NCBI GenBank assembly: GCA_038231135.1
Contig: JBBRLX010000025.1
Coordinates: forward strand, 772-64,771
Source: Candidatus Eiseniibacteriota bacterium
Lineage (GTDB): Bacteria > Eisenbacteria > RBG-16-71-46
DNA length: 64,000 nucleotides
Direction: 5' to 3'
Shown here: positions 48,031 through 56,251 of the stretch, in pieces
Numbering within the stretch: the stretch's first letter is position 1
How the letters are laid out: each line of letters starts with the position of its first letter
The notes under the pieces: generated by a model
The model's database searches: none
The model's input: the letters and a program-made list of their open reading frames with translations, nothing else
Told to the model about the DNA's origin: nothing
Made by a program: the position numbers and the translations under genes

Positions 48031-49602
48031 ATGGCAGCCATCCGCGGCGTGCGGCGCGCGTCCTACGTGCTCGCGATCGACCAGGGCACCACCGGCACCA
48101 CCGTGATGGTGCTCGACGTGCGCGGCGCGGTGCGCGGCCGCGGCTACGCCGAGCTGCCGCAGCACTTCCCGCGTCCCGGCTGGGTCGAGCACCAGGGCGG
48201 CGAGATCTGGACGAGCGTGGAGCGCGCGACCCGCGCGGCGCTCGCCGCGGCCGGCATCGCGGCCTCGCGGCTGGCCGCGATCGGCATCACGAACCAGCGC
48301 GAGACCACGCTGGTGTGGAACCGGCGCACCGGCACGCCGGTGGCGCCCGCGATCGTGTGGCAGGACCGGCGCACCGCCGACCGCTGTGCGGCGCTACGCC
48401 GCCAGGGACTGGAAGCCGGCGTGCGCCGCCGCACCGGGCTGGTGCTCGATCCCTACTTCTCGGCCACCAAGCTCGAGTGGCTGCTGAGCGCCCGGCGCGG
48501 GCGGCGCACCGCGGCCGCGCGCGGCGAGCTGGCGTTCGGCACCGTCGATTCGTGGCTGCTGTGGCAGCTCACGCGCGGCGCCGTGCACGCCACCGATCCC
48601 ACGAACGCGTCGCGCACGCTGCTCTACCACCTGCGGCGGCGGGCGTGGGACGCGTCGCTGCTCGACCGGTTCGGCGTGCCGCGGGCGATGCTACCCGAGG
48701 TGCGGCCGTCGAGCGGCGCGTTCGGGGTCACGCGCGGCGTGCGCGGGCTGCCCGACGGCATCCCGATCACCGGGGTCGCGGGCGATCAGCAGGCGGCGCT
48801 GTTCGGACAGGGCTGCGTCACCGCCGGCGCGTCCAAGAACACCTACGGCACCGGATGTTTCCTGCTGCTCCACACCGGCGACGCTCCGGTCGCCTCGCGC
48901 GCCGGCCTCCTGACCACCGTGGCGTGCGGCCCGGCGGGCGGGCCGGCCTATGCGCTCGAGGGCAGCGTGTTCGTCGCCGGCGCGGCAATCCAATGGCTGC
49001 GCGACGGGCTCGGGCTGCTCGCGTGCGCCGCCGACAGCGAGACGCTCGCGCGCTCCACCCCCGATTCGGGCGGCGTGGTGATGGTGCCCGCGTTCGCCGG
49101 CCTGGGCGCGCCCTACTGGCGACCCGACGTGCGCGGCGCGATCTTCGGCCTGACCCGCGGCACCACGCGGGCGCAGCTGGTGCGGGCCGCGCTCGAGTCG
49201 CTGGCGTTCCAGAGCCGCGATCTGGTCGAAGCCATGGCACAGGATGCGGGCTCACGTGTGAAATTGCTCAAGGTCGACGGCGGTGCGGTCGCCAACGACC
49301 TCCTGATGCAGATCCAGGCCGACGTGCTCGGCATCCCGATCGCGCGGCCGCGGGTGATCGAGACCACTGCGCTCGGCGCGGGATTGCTGGCGGGTCTCGC
49401 GGTGGGATTCTGGAGCTCGCAGCGCGAGCTCGCCGCGGCGCGGCGGGTGGAGCGGGTGTTCCGGCCGCGGCGGCCCAAGGCCTGGCGGGAGCGCGAGTAC
49501 GCGCGCTGGCGCGAGGCGGTGACGCGGCTGATCACGCGCGAAGCACGCCCTCGAGCCACCGCACCACGTCGGCGATCACCTGCTCGCGGCCGAGGTCGTT
49601 GA
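48031..49602 (+). CDS. glpK: Glycerol kinase
   Basis: IDQGTTGT, GITNQRET, YFSATK, GDQQAALFGQ, KNTYGTGCF and VDGGA. Confidence 0.95.
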   Translation: MAAIRGVRRASYVLAIDQGTTGTTVMVLDVRGAVRGRGYAELPQHFPRPGWVEHQGGEIWTSVERATRAALAAAGIAASRLAAIGITNQRETTLVWNRRTGTPVAPAIVWQDRRTADRCAALRRQGLEAGVRRRTGLVLDPYFSATKLEWLLSARRGRRTAAARGELAFGTVDSWLLWQLTRGAVHATDPTNASRTLLYHLRRRAWDASLLDRFGVPRAMLPEVRPSSGAFGVTRGVRGLPDGIPITGVAGDQQAALFGQGCVTAGASKNTYGTGCFLLLHTGDAPVASRAGLLTTVACGPAGGPAYALEGSVFVAGAAIQWLRDGLGLLACAADSETLARSTPDSGGVVMVPAFAGLGAPYWRPDVRGAIFGLTRGTTRAQLVRAALESLAFQSRDLVEAMAQDAGSRVKLLKVDGGAVANDLLMQIQADVLGIPIARPRVIETTALGAGLLAGLAVGFWSSQRELAAARRVERVFRPRRPKAWREREYARWREAVTRLITREARPRATAPRRRSPARGRGR

Positions 49603-50407
49603 ACACCTCGTGCCAGCCGCCGGGATAGTCGATCCGCGTCGCGAATCCCTTCGGGGCGGCGGCGGCGAATGCGGCCGATCCCTCGGGGAACACCATCTTG
49701 TCCGCGTCGCCGTGCAGAATGAGCGCCGGCACCTGCAGACGGCGTGCATCCCGCATTACGCGCTGGCGCGCTTCGGCGAAATCGAAATACAACCGAGGGC
49801 TGATGCGGTCGTGCACGAGCCGGTCGGCGTCCCGCTGGCGCAGCACCTCGGGATCGCGGGAGATCCCGCCCTCGCCATTGGTGTCGAGTCCGGTCGGGAA
49901 CCCCAGCGACGGCGACGTGACCCGCGCGCAGTTCGCGAGCGCGAGTTTCCACCACGGCGGCATTGCGCTCGCGAGCGCCGGCGCCGATGCGACCACGGCC
50001 GTCAGCTCGCGCGGGTGGGCGAGCGCGAAATCGAGCGCCATGAGTCCGCCCATGCTGTGTCCCAGCAGTACGCGCGCCAGCCGCTCGGGCTGGCCGGGAA
50101 ACGCCAGCGGCGCCGCGAACATCGCCGGCACCATCTGGTCGCGGACCGCGGTCCACGACGGCATGTCCCCGCGCGGGCCGGGCGAGCCGCCGTGCCCCGG
50201 CAGGTCGAGCGCCACGACGCTGAATCGCGAGCGCACCAGATCCGAGGCCAGCGCGGCGTAACGCCCCGAATGCTCGCCGATGCCATGCACCATCGCCACC
50301 ACCGCGCGCGGCGCATCGCTCAGCCACGCGCGACCGGTGAGCATGATTCCCCCGCCGATGCGCGCCTCGATCGATTGCGGAGTCACGCCGCCGCTGGAAG
50401 GATTCAC
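49532..50407 (-). CDS. Lysophospholipase/monoacylglycerol lipase (Hydrolase_4)
   Basis: HGIGEHSGRY, DLPGHG, GHSMGG, HGDAD and WHEVFN. GAGG RBS before GTG 50407. Its 3' end overlaps glpK convergently. Confidence 0.88.
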   Translation of the reverse strand: MNPSSGGVTPQSIEARIGGGIMLTGRAWLSDAPRAVVAMVHGIGEHSGRYAALASDLVRSRFSVVALDLPGHGGSPGPRGDMPSWTAVRDQMVPAMFAAPLAFPGQPERLARVLLGHSMGGLMALDFALAHPRELTAVVASAPALASAMPPWWKLALANCARVTSPSLGFPTGLDTNGEGGISRDPEVLRQRDADRLVHDRISPRLYFDFAEARQRVMRDARRLQVPALILHGDADKMVFPEGSAAFAAAAPKGFATRIDYPGGWHEVFNDLGREQVIADVVRWLEGVLRA

Positions 50408-50646
50408 GGATACCTCATCGACATGATGGAGACCAGGGGACAGCCCTGCTTCCCTCCCGCTCCCATCGAGTTTCGTGCCGAACCGCGCGACTTCACGAAC
50501 CCGCCCGCAGCCACGGGCGTTTCGCACGAATCACGGCAGAATGCACGATTTCGTGCGCGTCCGTCACGCGGGATCCTCGGCGGGGCAACTTGCGCGGAAA
50601 AATCCGATATCCCTCATGGATTTGGTTTACGGGCCGAAACCTACCA

Positions 50647-50662
50647 TGGCATCCGGCTTGCA
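50647..50662 (+). promoter_or_regulatory. Sigma54 promoter of pilin 1
   Basis: TGGCATCCGGCTTGCA is a near-consensus TGGCAC-N5-TTGCA, about 59 nt upstream of the pilin ATG. Confidence 0.75.
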
Positions 50663-50720
50663 GGTTCAGCCCCCGAACAGCAGGCTCAGGACGGTCCCCT
50701 CGCATCTTTGTGGAGTCGAA

Positions 50721-51146
50721 ATGAAGGGTTGCCCTCGAGGATTCACGCTCATTGAGTTGATGATCGTGGTGGTGATCATCGGCATTCTCGCCGCAATCGC
50801 CATTCCGAACTACGTCTCCATGCAGGCCCGGGCCAAGGAAGGCGCCACCAAGTCGAACATGCACACGTTCCAGATGATGACCGAGGACTACGGCGTGCAG
50901 AACAACGGCACCTATCCCGACCTCGCTTCGGCCGTCGGGGCGGCACTGCCGCCCAACTTCCACAACACGTTCGACAACTCGACCGGGGACGGTAACGCCT
51001 GGGAGGATCGTCCGTCGTTTGCGGGGTTGCCCTCGACCAAGGCGGGCATCACGAGCTACGCGGATTCGGCTGCCGGCACCACCTACAACATCAAGGGCCA
51101 GGGCAAGAATGCGCCGTTCTCGCTGGTCCTGAACTGCGGGCAATAA
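50721..51146 (+). CDS. Type IV pilin-like protein 1
   Basis: Class III signal RG|FTLIELMIVVVIIGILAAIAIPN. Confidence 0.9.
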   Translation: MKGCPRGFTLIELMIVVVIIGILAAIAIPNYVSMQARAKEGATKSNMHTFQMMTEDYGVQNNGTYPDLASAVGAALPPNFHNTFDNSTGDGNAWEDRPSFAGLPSTKAGITSYADSAAGTTYNIKGQGKNAPFSLVLNCGQ

Positions 51147-51257
51147 GCGCGCATTCCCGGGCGCCGTGTCGCAGGCTGCATGGCCCCGGTCGATCTGAAA
51201 CGCGCAGGCCGCATCGCTTGGCGCGGCACCCGAACGAATTGCAGGCTTGTGGGGCTG

Positions 51258-51273
51258 TGGCATGGCGCGTGCC
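51258..51273 (+). promoter_or_regulatory. Putative sigma54 promoter of pilin 2
   Basis: TGGCATGGCGCGTGCC (GG-N10-GC), about 78 nt upstream of the ATG at 51351. Confidence 0.55.
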
Positions 51274-51350
51274 CTGAGGTCGTGATCGTAGGAGCGCGGC
51301 CAATTAGGTGACCGCGACGACAACGTCACGCCCCCTCCACGAGGTCATAA

Positions 51351-51782
51351 ATGCGCCGCCATCAGCAGGGCTTTACGCTCATCGAGTTGATGATCGTGGT
51401 CGTCATCATCGGAATCCTCGCGGCCATCGCGATCCCCAATTTCGTCGCGATGCAGACACGCGCCAAGGAAGGCAGCACCAAGTCGAACATGCATACGTTC
51501 CAGCTCTCCGCGGAGGACTACGGCGTGCAGAACGATGGCGCCTATGCCGGCACCGCGACCCAGGTCGCGGCTCTGCTTCCCAGCAGCGGCTCCGTGTTCA
51601 AGAATCCGTTTACCCAGGGCACCGGCAGCGCCGTGGCCTGGGAGGACCGCACGGTGGCGGCGGCCAGCCCGTCGGCGACTCCCGGACTCACGAGCTACGC
51701 CGACTCGCTGGGGACGTCCTACAACGTGAAGGGCGAGGGCGTCACGGCTCCGCTCACGCTGGTGCTCACCGCCGGCCAGTAG
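51351..51782 (+). CDS. Type IV pilin-like protein 2 (paralog of pilin 1)
   Basis: QG|FTLIELMIVVVIIGILAAIAIPN, sharing RAKEGxTKSNMHTFQ, WEDR, TSYADS and the terminal GQ with pilin 1. Confidence 0.92.
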   Translation: MRRHQQGFTLIELMIVVVIIGILAAIAIPNFVAMQTRAKEGSTKSNMHTFQLSAEDYGVQNDGAYAGTATQVAALLPSSGSVFKNPFTQGTGSAVAWEDRTVAAASPSATPGLTSYADSLGTSYNVKGEGVTAPLTLVLTAGQ

Positions 51783-51795
51783 CAGCCACACCGCT

Positions 51796-51811
51796 TGGCA
51801 TCGTGCATGCA
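51796..51811 (+). promoter_or_regulatory. Orphan sigma54-like motif downstream of pilin 2
   Basis: TGGCATCGTGCATGCA (GG-N10-GC). Confidence 0.4.
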
Positions 51812-51916
51812 TTGTATTCGAGCGCGCGGATACTCCAGGGCCGCGCTCCAGGCAACTGCAGGGGGGGCCGAATAACGGCGGCTCACCCCCGAACCTCCGG
51901 AGCCGTGACTCCGGCG

Positions 51917-51953
51917 ACGAGCGGCGGAGAGATCCGCCGCTCGTTCGTGCTTT
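51917..51953 (+). terminator. Intrinsic terminator
   Basis: ACGAGCGGCGGA-GAGA-TCCGCCGCTCGT followed by TCGTGCTTT. Confidence 0.65.
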
Positions 51954-52062
51954 CAGGGGACGCGTCCCTCGCTTGAGGGTTGGTTCCATGGACCGCTAGA
52001 CTCCCGGCATCGCAGCCCTGCTGCGCACTCTCCTGCCGGAGCCCCCGAGCCTCGAGCCAATC

Positions 52063-53508
52063 ATGCCCAAATCCGAAGATGCACCACGGCGCCTGATCGT
52101 CCCCGGATCCGAGCCGGAGGCGACGCAGGGATCGCGGATCGTGCTGCCGGGTGGCGGCGCCGATCCCGCGCGCGAGCTGCCGCTCGAGGGCGCCGACAAG
52201 CACGCCGGCGCCACGACCTCCCGCATCATCCTGCCGCCGGGCGTCATGAAGCACACCGACCAGGACGTGCCGGAATATCCCAGGCTCCGCCCGCTGATCC
52301 TGATGCCGATCTCCGACGGCCAGCGCGAGATGCTGCTGGTGCAGGATCCGCTCGGCGTGATCGCCGGGCAGCCGGTGCTGGGCATGGATTCGCTGGCGCT
52401 GTTGCAGTTGTTCGACGGCACCAACTCGCTCACCGACCTCACCGCCGCGCTGATGCGCGAGAGCAAGGATCTGCGGGTGGCGAACATGGTGCGCGACTTC
52501 GTCGCGAAACTCGACGACATGCTGATGCTCGAATCGCCGCGGTTCGAACAGGTGTACCAGGAGCTGCGCGACGCCTATCACCCGCTCGAGATCCGCCCGG
52601 CCGCGTTCGCCGGCCAGTCCTATCCCGCCGACCCCACGGAGCTGCGCGCGTTTCTCGACGCGCAGTTCGCGACCGCGGAGGGCTGGCGCGCCGAGGCGGC
52701 GACGGCGCCGTTGGATGCGGCTGCGACCGCGGCGCCGGCCGGCGTGCTCCGCGGGCTGATGGCGCCGCACCTGGACCCCCGCCGGGCGGGCCCGGCGATG
52801 GCACGTGCGTTTCTCGAGCTCGATGCGTCCCCGGAGCCGCTGCGGGTCGTGGTGTTCGGCACCGGCCATTCGCTGGTCGGCGACTTCGTGGCGCTCACCC
52901 GCAAGCATTTCGAGACGCCGCTCGGCCGCGTCGATTGCGACACCCGGTTCGTGGACGCGGTCGCCGAGCGATTGGGCGACGCCGCCTACCGCTCGGAGCT
53001 CGCACACCGCGACGAGCACTCGATCGAGTTCCAGGCGGTGTACCTGCGCCACCGCCTGGGCGACCGCGTGAAGATCGTGCCGATCCTGTGCGGCGGCTTC
53101 CACACGCTGCTCGACGCGCAGCAGACGCCGCGAGATTCGAAGGAGTTCGAGGCGCTGATCGAGGCGGTGCGAGCGGCGGAGCAGCAGTTCGGCGGCCGCA
53201 CCCTGTACCTCGCCGGCGTCGACCTGTCGCACGTGGGGCCGCGCTTCGGCGACCCGCCCGTCGACGAGACGGCGCACACCGAGATCGAGGCGATCGATCG
53301 CGAGGCGATCGAAGCCGCGCGCACGGGCGATGCCGACGCCTGGTTCCAGGCGATCGCGAGCCACGACGATGCCACGCGCATCTGCGGGTTCGCCCCGACC
53401 TACGCGATGCTGCGGTGCGCGAGCCCCGGCGCCGGGCGGCTGCTGCACTACGAGCGCTCCGATGAGAAGGACACGTCGTTCGTGACGATCGCTTCGATGG
53501 CCTGGTAG
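52063..53508 (+). CDS. amrB: AmmeMemoRadiSam system protein B (MEMO1 family) with N-terminal extension
   Basis: IRPAAFAGQSYP, APHLD, GTGH, FETPLG, HRDEHSIEFQ, DLSH and ICG. Confidence 0.85.
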   Translation: MPKSEDAPRRLIVPGSEPEATQGSRIVLPGGGADPARELPLEGADKHAGATTSRIILPPGVMKHTDQDVPEYPRLRPLILMPISDGQREMLLVQDPLGVIAGQPVLGMDSLALLQLFDGTNSLTDLTAALMRESKDLRVANMVRDFVAKLDDMLMLESPRFEQVYQELRDAYHPLEIRPAAFAGQSYPADPTELRAFLDAQFATAEGWRAEAATAPLDAAATAAPAGVLRGLMAPHLDPRRAGPAMARAFLELDASPEPLRVVVFGTGHSLVGDFVALTRKHFETPLGRVDCDTRFVDAVAERLGDAAYRSELAHRDEHSIEFQAVYLRHRLGDRVKIVPILCGGFHTLLDAQQTPRDSKEFEALIEAVRAAEQQFGGRTLYLAGVDLSHVGPRFGDPPVDETAHTEIEAIDREAIEAARTGDADAWFQAIASHDDATRICGFAPTYAMLRCASPGAGRLLHYERSDEKDTSFVTIASMAW

Positions 53509-53564
53509 CCGCCCGGGCCGCACGGCCGGGCATTCGAACTCGACATTCAGAGCTGGAGGACCGC

Positions 53565-54941
53565 ATGGCAGAGACACGGCCGCTCACCCCGCGCAACGGC
53601 GACGTTGTACTCCTCGTCGGCACCACGAAGGGTGCATTCATGCTGCGCTCGAACGCGGCGCGCACGAAGTGGCAGGTGGGAGGTCCCCACTTCCAGGGCC
53701 AGGCGATCTATGCGCTGGCGCTCGACCAGCGCGGCGGCCGCCGGCGGCTGCTCGCGGGCGGTGGACACGATCACTTCGGGCCGATCTTCCACATCAGCGA
53801 CGACTTCGGCCGCACATGGAGCCTGCCCGAGCAGATCCCCATGAAGTTCCCGGAGGATACCGACACCGCGCTCAAGCGCGTCTGGCAGATCGTGCCGGGC
53901 CGCGAGTCGGAGCCCGACACGCTGTATTGCGGCGTCGAGCCGGCGGCGCTGTTCGAATCGCGCGACGCCGGCAACAGCTGGTCGCTGGTGCGCGGGCTGT
54001 GGGATCACGAGCAGCGCCCTCGCTGGCAGCCCGGCGGGGGTGGCCTGTGCCTGCACACGGTCATCCCCGACCCGGTGCATCGCGACCGCATCTTCGTCGC
54101 GATCTCGACGGCCGGCGTGTATCGCACCGACGACGGCGGCGCCTCGTGGAGTCCGCGCAATCACGGCGTGCGCGCCGAGTTCCTGCCCGACAAGGATCCG
54201 GAATACGGGCAGTGCGTCCACAAGATCGTCCAGCACCCGACGGTGCCCGAGCGGCTGTTCCTCCAGAATCACTGGGGCCTCTATCGCACCGAGGACGCCG
54301 GCGACTCGTGGCAGGACATCGCGAACGGCGTGCCGTCGGACTTCGGTTTCGCGATGACCGTCCATCCGCACGATCCCGAGACCGTGTACATCGTGCCGCT
54401 CGAATCGGACGGCTTCCGCGTGACGCCCGACGCGCGGCTGCGGGTGTACCGCACGCGCAACGCCGGCGCATCCTGGGAGGCGCTGACGCGCGGCCTGCCG
54501 CAGGAGCACGCGATGGAGACCGTGCTGCGCGACGCCATGGACGCGGACGACCTCAACCCCGCGGGCATCTACTTCGGGACGCGCAGCGGCAAGGTGTTCG
54601 GCTCCGCGAACGGCGGCGCCGCATGGACCACGGTGATCGACGGCCTGCCGCCGGTGATCTGCGTGAAGGCGGTGGTGATCGGCAATCCCGCGAAGGTGCG
54701 GGTGCCGCGGCCGGCGGCGGCGGCGAAGCGGACTGTCAGGCGCGCCGCACCGAAGCGAGCTGCCAAGCATGCGGCCCCGAAGCGGGCTGCCAAGCGCGCG
54801 GCGCCCAAGCGGACCGCGAAGCGTGCGGCGCCGAAACGGGCAGCCAGGAGTGCGGCACCGAAACGGGCGCCGAAGCGCGCGGCGCCCAAGCGTGCCGGTT
54901 CGAAGCGGGCGTCCGCGCGCGCCGGGACACGGAGGCGCTGA
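53565..54941 (+). CDS. BNR/Asp-box beta-propeller (sialidase-like) protein with histone-H1-like C-terminal tail
   Basis: VGTTKGAF and repeated S/TxDxGxxW Asp-boxes, LCLH and QCVH motifs, no signal peptide, tail of AAPKR repeats. Confidence 0.85.
   Translation: MAETRPLTPRNGDVVLLVGTTKGAFMLRSNAARTKWQVGGPHFQGQAIYALALDQRGGRRRLLAGGGHDHFGPIFHISDDFGRTWSLPEQIPMKFPEDTDTALKRVWQIVPGRESEPDTLYCGVEPAALFESRDAGNSWSLVRGLWDHEQRPRWQPGGGGLCLHTVIPDPVHRDRIFVAISTAGVYRTDDGGASWSPRNHGVRAEFLPDKDPEYGQCVHKIVQHPTVPERLFLQNHWGLYRTEDAGDSWQDIANGVPSDFGFAMTVHPHDPETVYIVPLESDGFRVTPDARLRVYRTRNAGASWEALTRGLPQEHAMETVLRDAMDADDLNPAGIYFGTRSGKVFGSANGGAAWTTVIDGLPPVICVKAVVIGNPAKVRVPRPAAAAKRTVRRAAPKRAAKHAAPKRAAKRAAPKRTAKRAAPKRAARSAAPKRAPKRAAPKRAGSKRASARAGTRRR
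54723..54920 (+). repeat. Coding tandem repeat (mostly 27-bp, AAPKRAAKR-like)
   Basis: RAAPKRAAKHAAPKRAAKRAAPKRTAKRAAPKRAARSAAPKRAPKRAAPKR. Confidence 0.85.
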
Positions 54942-55222
54942 TGGCGATCGTCATCCACATCCCCGGCTACCTGCGCGACTGGACGCAAGGCAAGGCCCGC
55001 GTCGAGCTCGACGGCGACGTGGCGACGGCCGGCGACGTGCTCGATCGGCTGTGTGAGCGCTACCCCGGCGTGCGCGACCGCGTGATGGACGAGCGCGGCG
55101 AGGTGCGCATGCACGTCAACGTGTTCGTTGGCGAGGAGAGCATCCGGTTCACCGGCGGCCTCGCGACCGCGCTCGGCGACGAGCACGAGGTGTCGATCGT
55201 CCCGGCGGTGAGCGGCGGCTGA
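54941..55222 (+). CDS. MoaD/ThiS family ubiquitin-like protein
   Basis: 93 aa beta-grasp pattern (IHIPGYLR...YPGVRDRV...HVNVFV...IVPAVSGG*) ending in GG, with TGATG overlap to the propeller gene. Confidence 0.9.
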   Translation: MAIVIHIPGYLRDWTQGKARVELDGDVATAGDVLDRLCERYPGVRDRVMDERGEVRMHVNVFVGEESIRFTGGLATALGDEHEVSIVPAVSGG

Positions 55223-55252
55223 GCTCGCGGGAGCGTGCGTCATCGGCAGCGA

Positions 55253-55295
55253 CGGGGAGCGCCTCGAGGTTCGAACCGGCGCTCCCCGATCGTTT
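55253..55295. terminator. Hairpin terminator between convergent genes
   Basis: CGGGGAGCGCC...GGCGCTCCCCG followed by ATCGTTT. Confidence 0.55.
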
Positions 55296-55312
55296 CGTGG
55301 CAACCGCTCGAC

Positions 55313-56046
55313 TCACCGGTAGAGACTCTTGAGCTGACCCCAGCTGCGCGTCCGGCCCCCCGCACTCGCCGCACAGCCGGTCGTCGAGCTCTGCCACAGG
55401 ACGTGGTTGGAGCCCGCCGCCGCCGTGATCTCGGGATCGTTCCCCGCCTCGGGCACCTGGAACAGCTGAATCTCGTTCAGAACGATGCAGGCCGGGACAC
55501 TGCATCCGGCGCACGATCCCACCCCCGTGCTCTTCGCGCGATTGATGCTGGCGCGGAATGCATAGTATTCCGTGCCGGGATCGACGGGACCGAGGTTGTC
55601 GATGGGGACGGCGACCGAAACCCGCAGCCGGGCACGATCGACGTCACCGAAGCCGACGTCGTATGCAAACCCGCCGGCCGCCAGCCCGGCGTAGAAGTCC
55701 GTGCAACTGGAGGATCCGCCGGTGAAGTCGAAGCTCGTCGACAGTTCCCGACACCCCGACACCGGCCCGCACCGTGCGCCCACCAGTCGACGAACACCGG
55801 GGTACCGCTGAAGATCTCCAACTCGGCCGTCAGGCCAAGGAACTGCCGGATGCCGCCCGGGGGTATGAACGAGGCGTACAGCGAGAACGGCGCACCCGTG
55901 TTCGCATCGCAGGCGAATGTCTTGACGGTGGAGCCGCTCGACCCGCAGTCATCCCAGGTCAGATTGACGCCCGTGGCGCTGGCCCATCCGGCGCACCCGA
56001 GCATGGCGAGCCCGCACGCAATCCCGGCGGGTAGCAATCGACGCAT
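55313..56046 (-). pseudogene. Secreted Cys-rich protein with C-terminal SWGQLKSLYR motif; single frameshift near 55745 (pseudogene or sequencing error)
   Basis: GGGAGG RBS, signal peptide and GVNLTWDDCG...FACDANTG...DWW in one frame. LSTSFDF...CAGCSVPACIVLNEIQL...WQ...RSWGQLKSLYR* follows in another frame. One added base would join them. Confidence 0.75.
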
Positions 56047-56251
56047 TGGCGCCTCCCATGGACCCGTTTCGCGACGGCGGAACTCAGGATGGGGGCGGCC
56101 CGTTCGCCGCCTGGATCATAGAACCGCGGCGGCTCGAATGCTCGGGGAAAAACGTGACCCCTGGCAATGATTCGCGCCCGGCGGCCGGGCGACCGTTGGC
56201 CTGCCGGTGCGCATTGCACGCAATCCTGACGGTCGATACTCTCCGCGTCCC

